64,000 nucleotides of DNA. Source: Fimicolochytrium jonesii. Lineage: Eukaryota. Where the stretch lies: NCBI RefSeq assembly GCF_025526975.1, contig NW_026515690.1:372001-436000 (forward strand). Direction: 5' to 3'. Shown here piece after piece: positions 26,330 to 39,812 of the stretch. The translations under genes and the position numbers were made by a program. The notes below the pieces were generated by a model. That model ran no database searches. It saw only the letters and a program-made list of their open reading frames with translations, and was not told where the DNA came from. Each line of letters begins with the position of its first letter. Positions within the stretch are counted from its first letter, which is position 1.

Positions 26330-29277
26330 CTAAAACTCCTCAGTTCCAGCCCTCGGTTCCCTCCCCTCATCAACTTCCATATCCTCATACATCCTCCCCT
26401 CTCCATGCTGCCCGCCCTCTCTTTCATCCCGCGACGGCATGTACCGCGACTGCTGGAACTGATACTTCTTCCAAGGCATCGCTTCGCTTCCTTCAGTTCC
26501 CATTGGCTCCCCTCCGCGGGCCGCGTAGTCAGATGACCCGCCGTTGGACGAGTCGGAGGAGTAGTGATGGACGAGGGAGTGAGGGTGGGCAGCTTCGCGA
26601 TTATGTTGCGGTTCGTGTCGTTGTTCGTGGTTGTTATGATGTGATGACGAATGGTGATGGTTATTCGAATGCACCCGGGACCGCTCAGCCGATGCTTCAG
26701 GCCGTCTCTCATGCTGCCGTAACCGTTCTTCATCAAAACCCATCCCGAACCCCCGTGCATCTGCTTCCTCATCATCGAAATGGTCCTCAGTGTCCATATC
26801 GTCCGTTTCCGCGGGGGGGATGTTGTTTTCCCGATCGCTCGTTTCTGGTTTATGATGATTTTCCGGTGGGCTGCTGGGTAGCTCCAAGGGTGGGTTGGGA
26901 ATGGTGGTCATAGCTGAGGTTGTCGTATGGGTGTGGTTGGGTTCCGACCCCCCGGTGGGGACCGGTGCGGCATCGTCGTGCAGCTCAGATTTGTGGTCAG
27001 AGTCGGTCGGTAGCAGCGGTGGTGCCGTGCCGCTGTATTCCTCCATTTCGCGGTCATAGCGTTTTACTTCTGTTAGGAACCTTGCGCGCCAATCTATCAT
27101 GAATAAGAGAGGGGAGAGAGTGGATCAGAACCATGACCCACCATCTTTTCCACTCAGAATAATCTGGTACATACCCGACCGCTCACGCTCATTCAAACTC
27201 TTCCACCTCGCCCCCAAAGCCTTCGTCAAATTCGACAACCCCTTCTCCTCAATCTCCGCCCCCTTCATCTCATTCCGTTCCTTCCTCAACCCCTCACGAG
27301 TCTCATCGCAGAAGAACATGAAAGCGTTGGTAGGGCGTTTAGGCGCGTTGGGGTCATATGGTTTCTTGATGCGCTCTTTTTTCGGTTTTTTGGTGGGGGG
27401 TTGGTGCTGCTCGGCGCCGGCTTCGTGGGCGTCGCGTTTGCGGCCGCGTTTCGAGGCGCGGCCCCTGGGTGGGGGCGAAGTCGGGCGGAAGGGGGGTGGG
27501 GATCGGTGCCGGCCTATGTCTGACGCCTAATGGGAGAGAACGTTAAGAAATTAGCACAGGCTCAAGATGAATATGCGATCGTCCGGGCAAGTAGCGCCTT
27601 ACCTCCGTATCGGTATGTCCGTCAGTGTGATTCTCAACGGAAACTTCTTGTAGGCGATCATAGAGCAGGCTGCCGCAGTAACATAGTTGAGTGAGGAGGA
27701 TGTTCCCTGCATGACCAAATGGGCACCCGACGACGTACCCTTTCTCGAATTTCAGTCTATGTAACCGTTTTTTCGCAACCTCATACTCCTCCCGTATCCG
27801 ATCGGTATCCTGTACAATCCATCATCGTAAGCCTTGCATCCCATATCCTCCTCAAGTTTGCAAACAAAGCCGAAAGAATATCTTACCTCCTCGATTTCAC
27901 TAATCTTCCTCTTCAGCTCTTTATACTTCTTCCTTGACTTCATATCATTATAGGTCGCATTTTTATCCCCCGACTTCGATTTCGATTTCCGGCTCTGCGA
28001 CCGCCAGCTTTCCCGGTCGTCCTCGTCGTCATCAGAGTAGTGGCGGATGGGTGAACTCCGGGCAGAGTCCTGCGAGTGCGTATAGATACTCAATAAGTGC
28101 ATGGCCGGCTAAAATGCTAATGAGTGAATGTGAGCATACCCTGATATCATGCTCCCAGTCGCGCGACCCGCCGATATCATCAGAAGGCAGGCCTTTCGAC
28201 GCGACTTTTTTCCGCGAGCTTTTGCTTTCTGAGGGGTGTGATCGACTGCTGTATGCTGGGTTCAGTTTCGAGTACGTTGGTGGGGAGGCGTTGGGGGTTT
28301 CGGCGACCGGGAGGGGTTTGCCTCTGTTGTGTGGTTTGCTGGAGGGGAGAATGATGTCAATATCGGCTGGCGAGAAGGAACGGGCGGGAAGGAATTGGGT
28401 TTACCTTCCGGATCGCGTGAAGTTGGTGCAAAGCTTGCAGGGACAGTTCTTGTGATCATGAGTGTCGTCTGTGACGAGCCACTCGAGATGTGGCGTAAAC
28501 TCGTTGGTCGATCGGTATTTTGAACCACTGGAGTTGAAGGAGTCCGTTAGCTTCTTGTAATCAAACCATCTACCATCAACCATCAACGAACTATCAACCG
28601 CGATGCGCGAGGGATAAAAACGACCGTTCGCTGTCGCTCAACGTTGAGGACAGGGGCTCGCTTCCCTCGCTTAAAAGCCGCGACGGCTCGCTGTCGCTCA
28701 CAACTTCGCTCGCTGGAATTGCGCGTCCGACGCGGAACTCGCTCCGCTCGCCAACCTACCTGGGATGTCCAAAAATGAAAGCGTCCGCCCTAAATCTACT
28801 CTCTCCCTTTGGCGTTTTCGCCTGCTTCCCATCACCGTCACCCTGCTCAAGCTTTGTCAGAACAGCATCGCTCTCCGGATCCTCCCCGGCTCCCTCCTTC
28901 GGCCCCAACATCGGCGACTCGCCGCCACCAGGCGTGCCGACTCCCGGAGTCTCACCGCCACCCAACCCCTCGGGCTTCTTGCTCTCAAACATCTTATAGT
29001 TCTTCGGAAACTCCAACAAGCCTGAATTCCCACGGAAGACAATCGACTCGCCGGCCCTCAACAGTTCTGGCTGAATTCCTGGGATTTTCGTTGGATTGCG
29101 GATGTAGATGTCCTTCAAGGATGCGCTGAGACGGTCGAGGTACTTTCGTACGCGAGATGGGTGGCATTCTACATAGCCTCCGGCGGGCGCTCGGGCTGCT
29201 TTGTAGACTGTGGGATAGTATTGTGTGACGCCGTCCGAGTATCTCGGCGTGGGAACATCGGAAAGGACGAGGGGCAT
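26330..29277 (-). CDS. Predicted multi-exon chromatin protein: Clr2_transil-like N-terminal module + INO80E/Nhp10-like coiled coil + HMG box + acidic/His-rich tail
   Basis: DAFIFGHPS|GSKYRSTNEFTPHLEWL..NCPCKLC (Clr2-type), KYKELKRKISEIEE|DTDRIREE..RLKFEKG|LLYDRLQE (INO80E-type coil), PYDPNAPKRPTNAFMFF..LTKALGARWKSL (HMG). The splice phases checked by hand stay in frame. Confidence 0.72.
28622..28753. repeat. Cluster of (c)tcgct-n-cgctc motifs in intron 1 of the Clr2/HMG gene; possible non-autonomous element relic
   Basis: ttcgctgtcgctc, ctcgcttccctcgc, ctcgctgtcgctc, cttcgctcgc and ctcgctccgctcgcc fall within about 130 nt. Confidence 0.45.
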
Positions 29278-29857
29278 TTTTGAGGTCGACTGCCGTGTTT
29301 GGTCCAGGTTTTCAACGGACAACAAGGATTCAGCGGAAGGAAGAAAAAAACAGTAGTTTCCTTCTCAGTGTCGCCTGCGCAAGTGGTGGATGGAGGAACA
29401 AATAGCGCTAATCCTGTGTGGGTAGTGGCTACGGATATGGGGCTTCAGAGCCTTGCAGGTGACGATGTACAGTACAGTCCGCCTCCTTCTCTACGGTAGT
29501 TCACCCACTGTCACAGGTTGTGGGGGGGGGGGGGGGAGGGGGAGGGTGTCTAATGTTCCGGGGCGGTTCCCGTTTATAAATAAATAGGCAGGAGGCGCTG
29601 CGTCAACTGTGTGTGGGTGGGTGGCTGGCTGTTCGTCTCATATCGTCATATGGGGGAGGGTTTCCTCTTTCTTTTCCCGTGCTCGGCGGCGGCGTGTGTT
29701 GAGCTGGCTGGCCACTTGAAAGCAACCTGCACGAAGAAGCAAGCAAGTGCGATGAAATCAGAGGGAGACGCGCAGACAGACGCGCAGTCCGCACAAGGGG
29801 ACATGTCCGCTTTTCGTAACCTGCCCAACAGCGTGGTGACAGTCAGACAACTACAGT

Positions 29858-31160
29858 ATGTCCCCACGCAACTACATCCGTCTAAGTCCAGGAGAAGAAG
29901 CTCGCCTCAAGCACGACGAAAACAGGAAACAAAAACTCGCCCGCTTGCAGCAGGTACAACTCAAAGTGCTTGCAGCATTGTCTATTCTTGTCCAATTGCT
30001 CACACTTCATCTCAGGTCCGAGAGCAGGAACGAATATTGGCATCCGAGCGTCGGAAACTATACCAAACCGTCGCTGAATCGGAGCTTGGGCATGTGCTCA
30101 ACCTATTAGAGGTGGGTTGGCCATTCGCTGTGTGAAAACGACCCTCTTGCTGATCTTCAACGTGTTTCAGAAAGATTGGACAGCCAGCAGGCGGCAGAAG
30201 ATAAATCAACTCAAGAATGTACAGGATAAACACAAACAGCTGCTGGGGCAGGCCCACAGGACGGCTGAGCAGGTTGCTGCAGATGAGGTAGGCAGTCCCA
30301 TATTGGTCCACTCACGTCCATCATTGTGGCTAAACGTTGGGTATTCACAGAAAGCACACAACGAAAGTCTCTACTCCACAACATTAGATCGAATCAAGTT
30401 AGATGTGCTCAGAGGCCAAGAAGCATTGGCTGAGGTTTGCTCTCGTTGCCCCATGTTCAACTATCACAACATGCAGGCATACTCATCCAAACCTCTTTCA
30501 ACCCCCAGGCCCTCCTAGAAACAGCCACCCGCCGCGCCCATACAGAAGTAAAACGCCTCCTCCTCGAACGAACCCGCGAAAAAGAGAACCTCCGCGCCCT
30601 CTACATCGCCGAATCCCAGCGAGAAAAAGCAGCCAACACCGCACCCGATTTCGAGATTCCCTCTGCACCATTGGCTCGACCGCTGCAACGGCGGTATGAC
30701 CATTTTGAGAGTACCGCGAATCATAGGCATAATCCAGTTGTGAGATGTGATACAAATGTGAAGACGAGTGATGCATGGGATGAGGCTGTTGGGGCAAGTG
30801 AGGAGAAGACGAAGGCCAATGCGGCCCGGCGGGAACGGCTGGATTACCTGCTTGCAAAGACTCAGCAGCGATCCGAGAGGGCTGGACATGATGTTTATAT
30901 GGGGAAGGTATGCACGCCAATGATCAATGTTCTCTGGTATTTGCCAACACCACACTAACATTCCAATCACATATTTACAGCAACGGGGTATACTCTACAA
31001 AGCACTGGATGACCTGTATGTTGAGGATCGTCAGAGAAAGATCCAGATTGTGTCACAGGACGCCTCACGCCCGACGCGGATGAACTCAGATGTGCTGGCA
31101 CGGCGGTTTGAGCAGCTGTTTGATCTTGAGCAGGCTGCAGCATCGACGACGGGAGGGTGA
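29858..31160 (+). CDS. Short coiled-coil protein with a CEP295/Ana1 (DDC8-like) N-terminal motif; spliced
   Basis: IRLSPGEEARL..RLQQ|VREQERILA..W..KINQL...GQAHR resembles the metazoan CEP295 N-terminus (RLSPNEEA..RLLQVREQER..GEGHR) as recalled. Confidence 0.7.
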
Positions 31161-31706
31161 AGCTTGTGGTCCTGGGGAGGGGCACAATGACGGCGCTCTC
31201 GCCGGTGTATGTACATATCTATATCGCGGAAATCGATGTAATGGATGTCATAGATGTACATGAAATGCCGGTCAAGTCACTTATAATAAGACGAACTTCT
31301 TTGGTACATGCGATGGGTTGTTTAACCCTGGGGGAAGCGGCTATGAATCTATGTGCCGAGACCATATCAGCCTCTTGTGTTTGGCTCCACAGTTGAAGTT
31401 GGACGGACGGGGAGGGATCGAGTGCAAGCACGCGTTGGGTTCTGTCGATGTTGAGACGGTCCAAGATGTGCAAGATGTCGTCGCTCCCTTCCTCGCTCGA
31501 CGCAAAAGAATCTCCGTCTCTGTCACAACGGGGTGGACGAGGGGAAAAGGAAGTCGTCGCTTAGCGGAGGGTCAGACAAGTCCCCACTGCGAACAGGTTA
31601 ACCTTATCCTTACTTCATCCGGAGATTCCGGCACCCCTTTTTTTGAGCTCGCCAAAAGTTTAGAGAACAAGATGTAATCATCGCTGTATTCCGTAGGGTA
31701 GTCATC

Positions 31707-34347
31707 ATGCTGTCCCAAATCCCCTCTGTACCACCCCAACCAATCACCATAACAGCCTCCCAAATCTTCTGGGACCTTCTCGATCGAACAACCGGCATAC
31801 GGCCCGGCGCGCACCCGCCATCTTCGGACGAAGACACGAACGACACCGGACCTGACGATGACCATCTCATCATAAGCCCCGTGCAGCCATGGCCCAAAAC
31901 AGCGGGAAATCTCGGCGGGAGTTTGGCGAATGGGATGGGGGGACTTGCGCGCTCGGTTAGCGCGACGAGACTGAGGGTTAAGCTGCCGCCGCTGCCGATG
32001 AGGAGAGGCGAGGTGGAGTACCATAGTGATGCTGTGGTGGATGTTTGGGAGAGAGGTAGAGTGGGACTCCGTCCATCGATGTTTTGCATGTCGATATTTA
32101 TGCTGACCGTCTCCAATGATGTGAATGGATCTTAGAACCAACGGCTTGGTCAAGCGACCTCACCTCCCTCAAACATCTAGCCGCCACAGTTACCGACCCG
32201 ATCCTGGCGCCGCCGCAATCATCCAGACGCCGCAACAAAAGATCGACTCAAAAACCACGCACGTCGCTCACAAAAGACCAAATCCAATCCCATTTCCGCA
32301 CTCTCTTTTTGCACGATTGCGAGATCAGCCAACTCGATGAGGAGTTTCGGAGCGGATTTAGGAATCTGGACGCGTTGAGCCTCACGGGGAATCGGATCGA
32401 GTGGGGGGGTGATGAGGCGGTGGGCGAGGGTGGTGCTGGCGACGGAGAGGGGCATGTTGAGAGAGCGAAAGGAGCGAAGGTTGGGAACGTTTTGAGAGGA
32501 GTGCCGCCTAGCATCACGATTCTGACGTTGAACGCCAATCTGTGAGTGATGTAAGCCATGGCTTGTGAGAATCGTGGATTCGTGCCAGGCATCAAACTGA
32601 TACTTTTGTATCGCTTTCTGCGCGCAATCACATTCGCAGAATAAAGTCCCCCCCGCCAATCAGCCATCTCCGACACCTTGTCCACCTTGGCTTAAGCCAC
32701 AACACCATCCATCATCTACACGTCCCGAACCCGAAACGAGCAGGCAGTCGGAACGACCTAGCATCTCAGTCCGACGAGCGGCAGACAATCCCCTGGTCAG
32801 CGCCGCCCACCCTCATATCCTTAGACTTGAGTTGGAACAGGATATCGGATCTCCGCAGCGCACTGGATGTGCTGAAACGGTGGAATAAGCTCAGGAGCTT
32901 GGTGATGATGGGCAACCCGGTCTATCTGTTGCCGTCCTACAAACCGCTGACGCTGTCGAGTCTGCCGACCCTCATTTCGCTCGATGACAATCCCGTCGCG
33001 AAGCAAAAGCCATCGCAGCAGGCTGCATCGGCGCCGCCTATATCGCGGCTCGACCTCGCTGTCCATCAACTCATCGACCCGCCACTCCCGCCTAATGCTG
33101 CAGGAAGTAGCCTGGACAAATCTGCCGCTATCGCAAGTTTCCGGTCAAGCGGCCCATCAATGTCGACCATCCCCATACCCACATTCGTGATCGACCCAGC
33201 CAACCCCCCACCCCCCGACGAGTACACGTACGCAGTACGCATAACGCTCTCCGAATCACAGAAACTATGGACCGGCAAAACAAACGAGGTTAACGCCGCC
33301 CCCGTCGTCGAAGGCGCGGACGGGGAAGGTGGTGGCGGGAAGGAGACGACTGCTGCTGCAAAGAAGAAAGAGGCGGCGAATACCAAGGAGGCGGCGAAAG
33401 AGGCGGCGAAGAAAAAGAAGGGGGGGAAGGGGGCTGAGGTTGTGACCACTGATGAGGAGACGGCTGCCGCGCCTGTTGTGAGGAGGGTGGATGTGGGATA
33501 TGTTGGGGTGATGGAGAAACAGGCTGATTGGGGGCTCGCTAATGCCTTTATTGGTATGTGACCCATCTACCCATGGCAGACCTTATTGACGTTTGTGTTC
33601 CTGGTATCTAACGCACGCCGTTCATGTAGACGGCCTGGCACTGACGCTAACGCTCAGCCGACACACATTCATCCCGGCCAACCCACCGGACGCTCCACCC
33701 CCTGCGAGCGCAGCCAGCAGCCGTCCTACGAGCTCGCATAAACGCGGTGCAGCGGCGCCGGCGAAGGGCGCCAAGAAGCTGGGGAAAGGGAAAACTTCGA
33801 ATGCGAATTTGTTGAAGGAGCAGATGGGTATGTTGCGTGGGTCAGTCACGGCACTGGCGTCGGAGTGAGAGCTGACGTATTCAACTTCCAGAGCAATGGA
33901 AGAGGCTCCCAGCCGACTCCATTGATATTGGGTCAGTCACCATTCCGATGAAGCCGTTTTTGGAGGGAACCGTATGTGAAGCGACCATCGTTGTTGTGAA
34001 GTTTTCCAACCCTCTGGCAAGTGTTCTCATACATCTCTTTTTTCACTCCCTTACAGACCGCTGTAGACGCCGAATACACCTTTCAGCCCTTTCAAGCCGA
34101 ACAGCCATCCAAAGACGCCGCTACACGTCCACCCGCACCACCATCGACCGCCGACGGCAAAACCAAACGAACTACTGACGACGCGGACAGTGGCAGTGCG
34201 AAACCCCTAAGCGTGGGGTCGGTGATTGTGTCGATACGATTGAATGCCGCGGCGGTGGAGAGCCCGCCTGTGCTCGTTCCGGGGAATATGGGCGCTCTGG
34301 GGGGGAATGGAGGGATGGGATATTCGGATGATGGGGTACAGGTGTAG
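31707..34347 (+). CDS. Leucine-rich repeat protein, LRRC43-like (putatively ciliary); spliced
   Basis: LRRs NLDALSLTGNRI, ITILTLNAN, LVHLGLSHNTI, LISLDLSWNRISDL and LRSLVMMGNPV..Y..LTLSSLPTLISLDD (LRRcap), followed by a Lys/Ala-rich tail. Confidence 0.7.
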
Positions 34348-34622
34348 ATTATGGGACGCGGGTAGCGCTTTCATGCAATATAGGAAATTCTTCTGCCTGT
34401 AATATCTGTAATATTCCGGGATGTTGCCGATAGGTTGGATGCACATCAGGAATCGACTGTAACCGCTCTGTGGACTCCGAGGGCTTGTTCGACCGAACGA
34501 GTTGAAGATCTATTTACGAGCGGCGCCGTTGCAAAGACGGCGCCGCCGGACCAAACATTCTGCTTACGCCTCGATATCTCTATTGCAAGAAAAATGCTTA
34601 TGTACAATCCCCTCTTCCCCCA

Positions 34623-37600
34623 TCATCTCTTGATTCCCGTCTTCACCACGCCCGCCGCAGCTGCATTGCTAACACTCGTCAGCTCATAAGGCATCAAACA
34701 ATGAAAGATCGCCATCCCGCCCCCAGTCAGGCTAGCCCCCGAACGTCCCACATTCAACGGCGGCAGTTTCCTCGGTCTGCTCCCGCGCTGCCGTTTTGCC
34801 GACTGTTTCCCCGCAGCAAACTGCGAGTTGGCGTACCAGGTCGAGTACGTCGGCGGGGGCACGGACGCCATATCGTACGACGAGGGCTGGGAGGTGAGTT
34901 CCGCGGGCTGGGTTGAGTTCGATAGGGCGAAACTGGAGGTTCGATTGGGGCGGAGGCCGCCGGACGCTGCGGTGCGGGCGTTGCGGCTGTCGGATTGGCT
35001 GGTGAACCCTTTGGCGGGACTGTGGCCGAGCGCGTCTTCAGCTTCCTCCTCGAAAATGTTCTCTTTCTCAGTTTCGCTGTTGTCGACTTCGAATTGGAGG
35101 ATCTCGGGCGGCTTGGACACGGCGAACGTCGAGGGGTTGCTGACGTCCCAGGCTGCGATTTGACCGAATGTGCCGATGTAGCCGCCCGCGAGCTGCGATT
35201 GCCATGAGAATTTAGCACTCACATTGCCAGAGAGAGATCTCAATAATCTGCGAACATGTTGCTCCACTCACCGTCCACATCCTCACAGTCCTGTCCGTAC
35301 TAGCACTAACCAGAGACCCACCATCCGTCATATCCAAACTCGTGACACTCCTCAGATGCGCCCTAAACACCTTCACCAAAGCCATCCGTTTATGCCGTTT
35401 GGCCATGCACGTATCCTTGACATCCCACACCGAGATGTAACCACCCGCGTCACCGGTGACTAGGACGGTGTTTTGGGAGTTTAAGCACATGGAGAAGACG
35501 CCCTCGTGCCGGCCCAGCGTGGCATCTTGTTCGTGGACGAGGAGGGTCTCGTGGGTGTTCCACCAGCGGACGATGCCGTCGCTGCCGGAGGAGATGAGGT
35601 TGGCGCGTGAGTCGGGGTCCTGGGCGCGGCGGTGGAGGAACAAGACTGGGGGAGGCAGAGTTGGAGTTAGCTCATCAATCTATCAGCCCAAGAACGCAAG
35701 CTCCAACCGACAAGGACCCACTTTTATCAACACTAACTCTCCGATCATCCGGATCATCCACCTTGACCCTCCCAACAATCGTCCCTGCCCCACCAACATT
35801 GACAAAGATGATCTCCCCATCGTAGCTTCCGGTAGCCAGCAAGTCCGGCGGCGAAAACGCCATGGTCAGCACATCATCCTTATGTGCCGAGGGCATCGTC
35901 ACCGTCGGCTGGACTTTCAAGGATTCACTGTCGGCAGGGAAGAGTTGAATGAGCCGGTTCCAGCCGGTTGCGACCATGTATGGTGTGGATTTGATCTCTA
36001 TGTACTGATCGCCGGCGTAGATTAGTTCCGAGGAAAGGGGGGGGCTGAACATCAGAGATAAGTGGTATTTACCAATATACTGGTGACTTCGGCATTGTCA
36101 CCCTTCATAAGCTCCTGTATGAGCTGCCCGTTGTTGAAGTTCCACACTTTTATACTGCCGTCTGGTGAAAAGGATGCTTAGCCGCATGGTAAGAACGTAG
36201 TCTCCTTTCAAGCATACCTCTTCCGCCAGTGATAAGCCTCCGACAAGCGTTGTCAAACGTCATCGCCGTAATCTCCGCCTTCCCATGCAAATGCGCAAAG
36301 CGAAAGGTTTTCTGCCCCGTCGTCGCATCCCAAACATTTACAACACTCGCATCGCACCCACTAACAACCTGTCCAAAGACCGGGTTCCACAGGGCAGTGC
36401 TAACCGGCGCCTCATGGCTCCTGACGTTGCCCCTCTGCTGGACTTTATCCACCAACCCATAAACTACAACGACGTTGCTCGCGGCGATCAATTTGCCACC
36501 GTTGAACGTGTCGAAGAAAATTGATGTCAGCGTCATGTCCGGGCGGGCTTCTTTGAATTCGGGGACGATGGATTGCAGGCAGGATTGTTTTCGGATGTCC
36601 CAGATTTTGATAGTTCGGTCGAAGGAGAGGGATATCACCTGGCCCGAGAAGGGGTTGACCGTGATTGACATAATGGGGGAAAGATGGCCACCGAACGAGG
36701 CGGTTGGACGATTCAAACGGTGCGGATTCCATATCCTGAGTAGGCGATCTGTTGCATGGTGATGAGTCAACCCTTGTTCAGATATCGTATTGCTGTAGTT
36801 ACATCCTCATACCTGTGCCACCGGTAACGAGCGCCAATGGAAATTTACTATATGCGAACGTATTGACCCCCTTCCTAACGGCCGCCGCACTGACACGCCA
36901 CTTCTTCGTCCCCGTCTGCATGGCGGTAACAATACTCTCCCTCGGGTTCGAGCTGCAGCTGACAATCGTCTTCAGATCGTTGAGGTACTCGATCTGCAAC
37001 GTCCAGTCTCTATGCGCTTTTCGCTTCCACAGCGTCGTGCCGGGCAATTTGCAGGCTGCGTCGATCAGCATTGTAGGTGTTTCCGTGGTGGGTGGCGGAT
37101 TTGGCGGGAAGAAGACTGAGTTGGAGAAGGACAGGACGCAGCATTGTCCGGAATCTGTGCCGTAAAGAAGCATGGTGGAATCTGAGTCGGGGTCTGCTGC
37201 GTCGAAGTAGACTGAGAGGCTTAGAGCGACCGTATCATGAAGGTCTAAACGAAGCTGGGCCTCCATGGACGTCAGGTCTAGAGACGATAGTGTGAGATGG
37301 TCAAACCCATAATGAAGCTGAAAACGACTCCTTATTTTCGTCGTACCATAGAAGGTGATAGCATGGTCGTCGCTCGACATTGCAAGCTTATTGGTGTTGG
37401 CCAAGAACACGCAGTCATGGATCCACGGTGATTGCCGTTTCGAGAAGTCTCCGGAAGCATGATGGCTTGGTCTAAGTTGTAGCGCGACAGCCATCACTAC
37501 CCTTGCCCAACCATCCACCTCACAGACGGGAAAAAGAAATCTCTGCCCACCCACCCAACGGTCGAAATCGATCTCTGGATCTTCCACCGGTCGCTCCAAA

Positions 37601-38381
37601 AGCACACGATCCCGTCCCTCCCACACGTCAAATACTTGCTCACTTTCTCCAGCCACCGAATGCGAATGACCACATCCTTATGCGGTGAGTTGAACAACAT
37701 CCTCGGATGTTGATCGTTGAACAGCTGTGTTTCGGCCTGCTCGCGCATCTGCGATTGCCCTTCGGCGCGGAGGAGCATGAATGTGCTGAACTCGTCCCAG
37801 TCGACGGCTTCGTCCATGTTTGCGTCGACTTGGCAGAAGAGAAGACCCATTTGATTGTCCGTCAGGCCGTCGCCCAGGACGCTGGCGAAGGCTTGTTTGA
37901 ACTCGGGCAGTTTCAATTTGCCATCGCCGTTCACTGATGCTGTCTGCGGTAAAGTAAGGTGTCGAGTAAGCGACCCCGATCTTGCGCTCTCCATTCACTC
38001 CCCAATGGGCCCTCAATCGATATGCCACATGCGCCAATCCTGAACCCGCGCATTACTTCTCCGCCCCCATCAAGTCAATTTCACACCATACCATACCTTA
38101 AAAAGACTCATCAACTCCCTAAAATCCGCCAAATTCATCTCCTTCTCACTCCTATAACTTGCATTATCCTTCCTCGTATTCGTGCGTTCACTCGTCAACG
38201 CTTCCGGCTTAGTCGTCCGCAGCGCAATCTCCCCAGCTTTGGCCTTCTCCAATACATGCTCGGCTTCCCTATAGAAGCTCCTCAGCTCTTTCTTTTGGTC
38301 CTTTGGTGGTGGTTTGGAGAAAGGGATGGCGCGCAGGGCCGTGTCGCCTGGTCGGAGTCCTGGGATGTGTGGGAGTGACAT
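34623..38381 (-). CDS. EF-hand + WD40-repeat protein (WDR49/WDR64/EFCAB8-like, cilia-associated); multi-exon
   Basis: EF-hand pair DGKLKLPEF / VDANMDEAVDWDEFSTFML and many WD repeats (GHLSPI..DRTIKIWD, LLATGSYDGEI, VSASTDRTVRMW). Confidence 0.8.
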
Positions 38382-39812
38382 TTTGCCTCCGATGGTGGCC
38401 TGCAATTGTGCGGGTCGGTTTTCGAGGATGTACCGTCATCTGTGGCGTTCATCTTTTTGGCCATGCCGTCAAGGGGAAGTGCGTTCGTTCCGGAAGAGCT
38501 TTGTTCTAGTTAAGCCTATCGAAGATTGACTTCTTCTCTCGCGATAAGTTGGGAGGGGGGGCGCCATGGAGAATCAGGTTCCTCTGCCTGGTGGAAACGC
38601 GTGCCCGAAAACTCAGATCACCGTCACCCTCGTCACCACCTTTGCCGGTCCTGTTTGCCGTCCCGAAAGTGAGAACCTCACACGCTGGAGGAAAGGAGGA
38701 ACTTCGCCTGCCCTTCCGTGGCATCAGTGTCTGTCTTTTTGCGATGGCCAGCAACGCCGCAATACAACCCAGGCTCCAACGCCCAACTAAGACCTTTCGG
38801 CATGCTGGCGCTCGATATGTGACCAACGCCCCCATGACACGAGGCAGCCCTCCGTTCGAGTATCGGATGAGCATGCCAGCGTCCTGTTGGAGAGGGTATT
38901 ACAGCTTTCTGCTGCCGCTTTGAGATGCCCCAGAGACGTGCATAAAACCTCCGGGAAGTGATGCGACGGGATGACAGAGCCATGACCTTGTTCTGAACGG
39001 CCTTGTGGGGCACGGCGTTGCAAGTTCGTGCGAAAGGCCTCACCCGTGGACGACGGTCACTCCTTTTTGCTGCCCGCGGCACTGCTGACCTCTGCGATGG
39101 GGATGCGGCGGTCGTCCTGGAAGCGGCCATGGTGTCCGCTACGCATTAGGATCTCTTCCTTCCATGCGTGGCGGAAGCACGGGTTCGCTGACATTCACCA
39201 GCATCAGTTCCGGAAAGTGCGTCACGAAAAAACAAAAACAAAACTAGAGCGTCGTAGGATGAAGCGATCAAGTTCTCCACCGCGGTTATGGATTGCCGAG
39301 GTTCGTAAGGGCAATTGGATCCCGGTAACATCTAGGGACTGTTATGGTTGTCCTTCCCGGCCCGGCCATCTGCTTACGGCGTCCCGGACGAGCGTCTCAG
39401 TGTTCCAGCCGGCGGCTGATGAGGAGGTGGCAGGTAACCTTCAGACGAGACTAGCCAGCAGGAATTAGACTCTACACCCCAATAACTCCGGTTGAGGTAC
39501 CGTTCTTCAGACATGTTGCCCGGCACAGCGAGTTGGGACAGTCGCCAATCAAGATGTGGTCGCTGAGAGTTCTGAAAGCATGTCAAGGTCCGCAACGCAG
39601 GCCCGGCATCTCCCAGACCTCACCATCTCGATTTCGTGGTCTTTCCCTGACTTCAATCAATACCGCAAGTTCATTTGCCAAGCGCGCCTTTGGAGGACTA
39701 AAAGATGATGTTTTACGAAATTTCTAGATATACAGATGAAATGGTAGTAGGGAAAAGAGATATGTGTTAAGTACACTTGGAGACAGTATATGCTATATAT
39801 TATGCACAGTTC

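Noticed and set aside
29522..29546. Poly-G tract (also 4919-4931 poly-C and 40296-40311 poly-G)
   Set aside because: Simple homopolymers; nothing beyond generic G-quadruplex potential.
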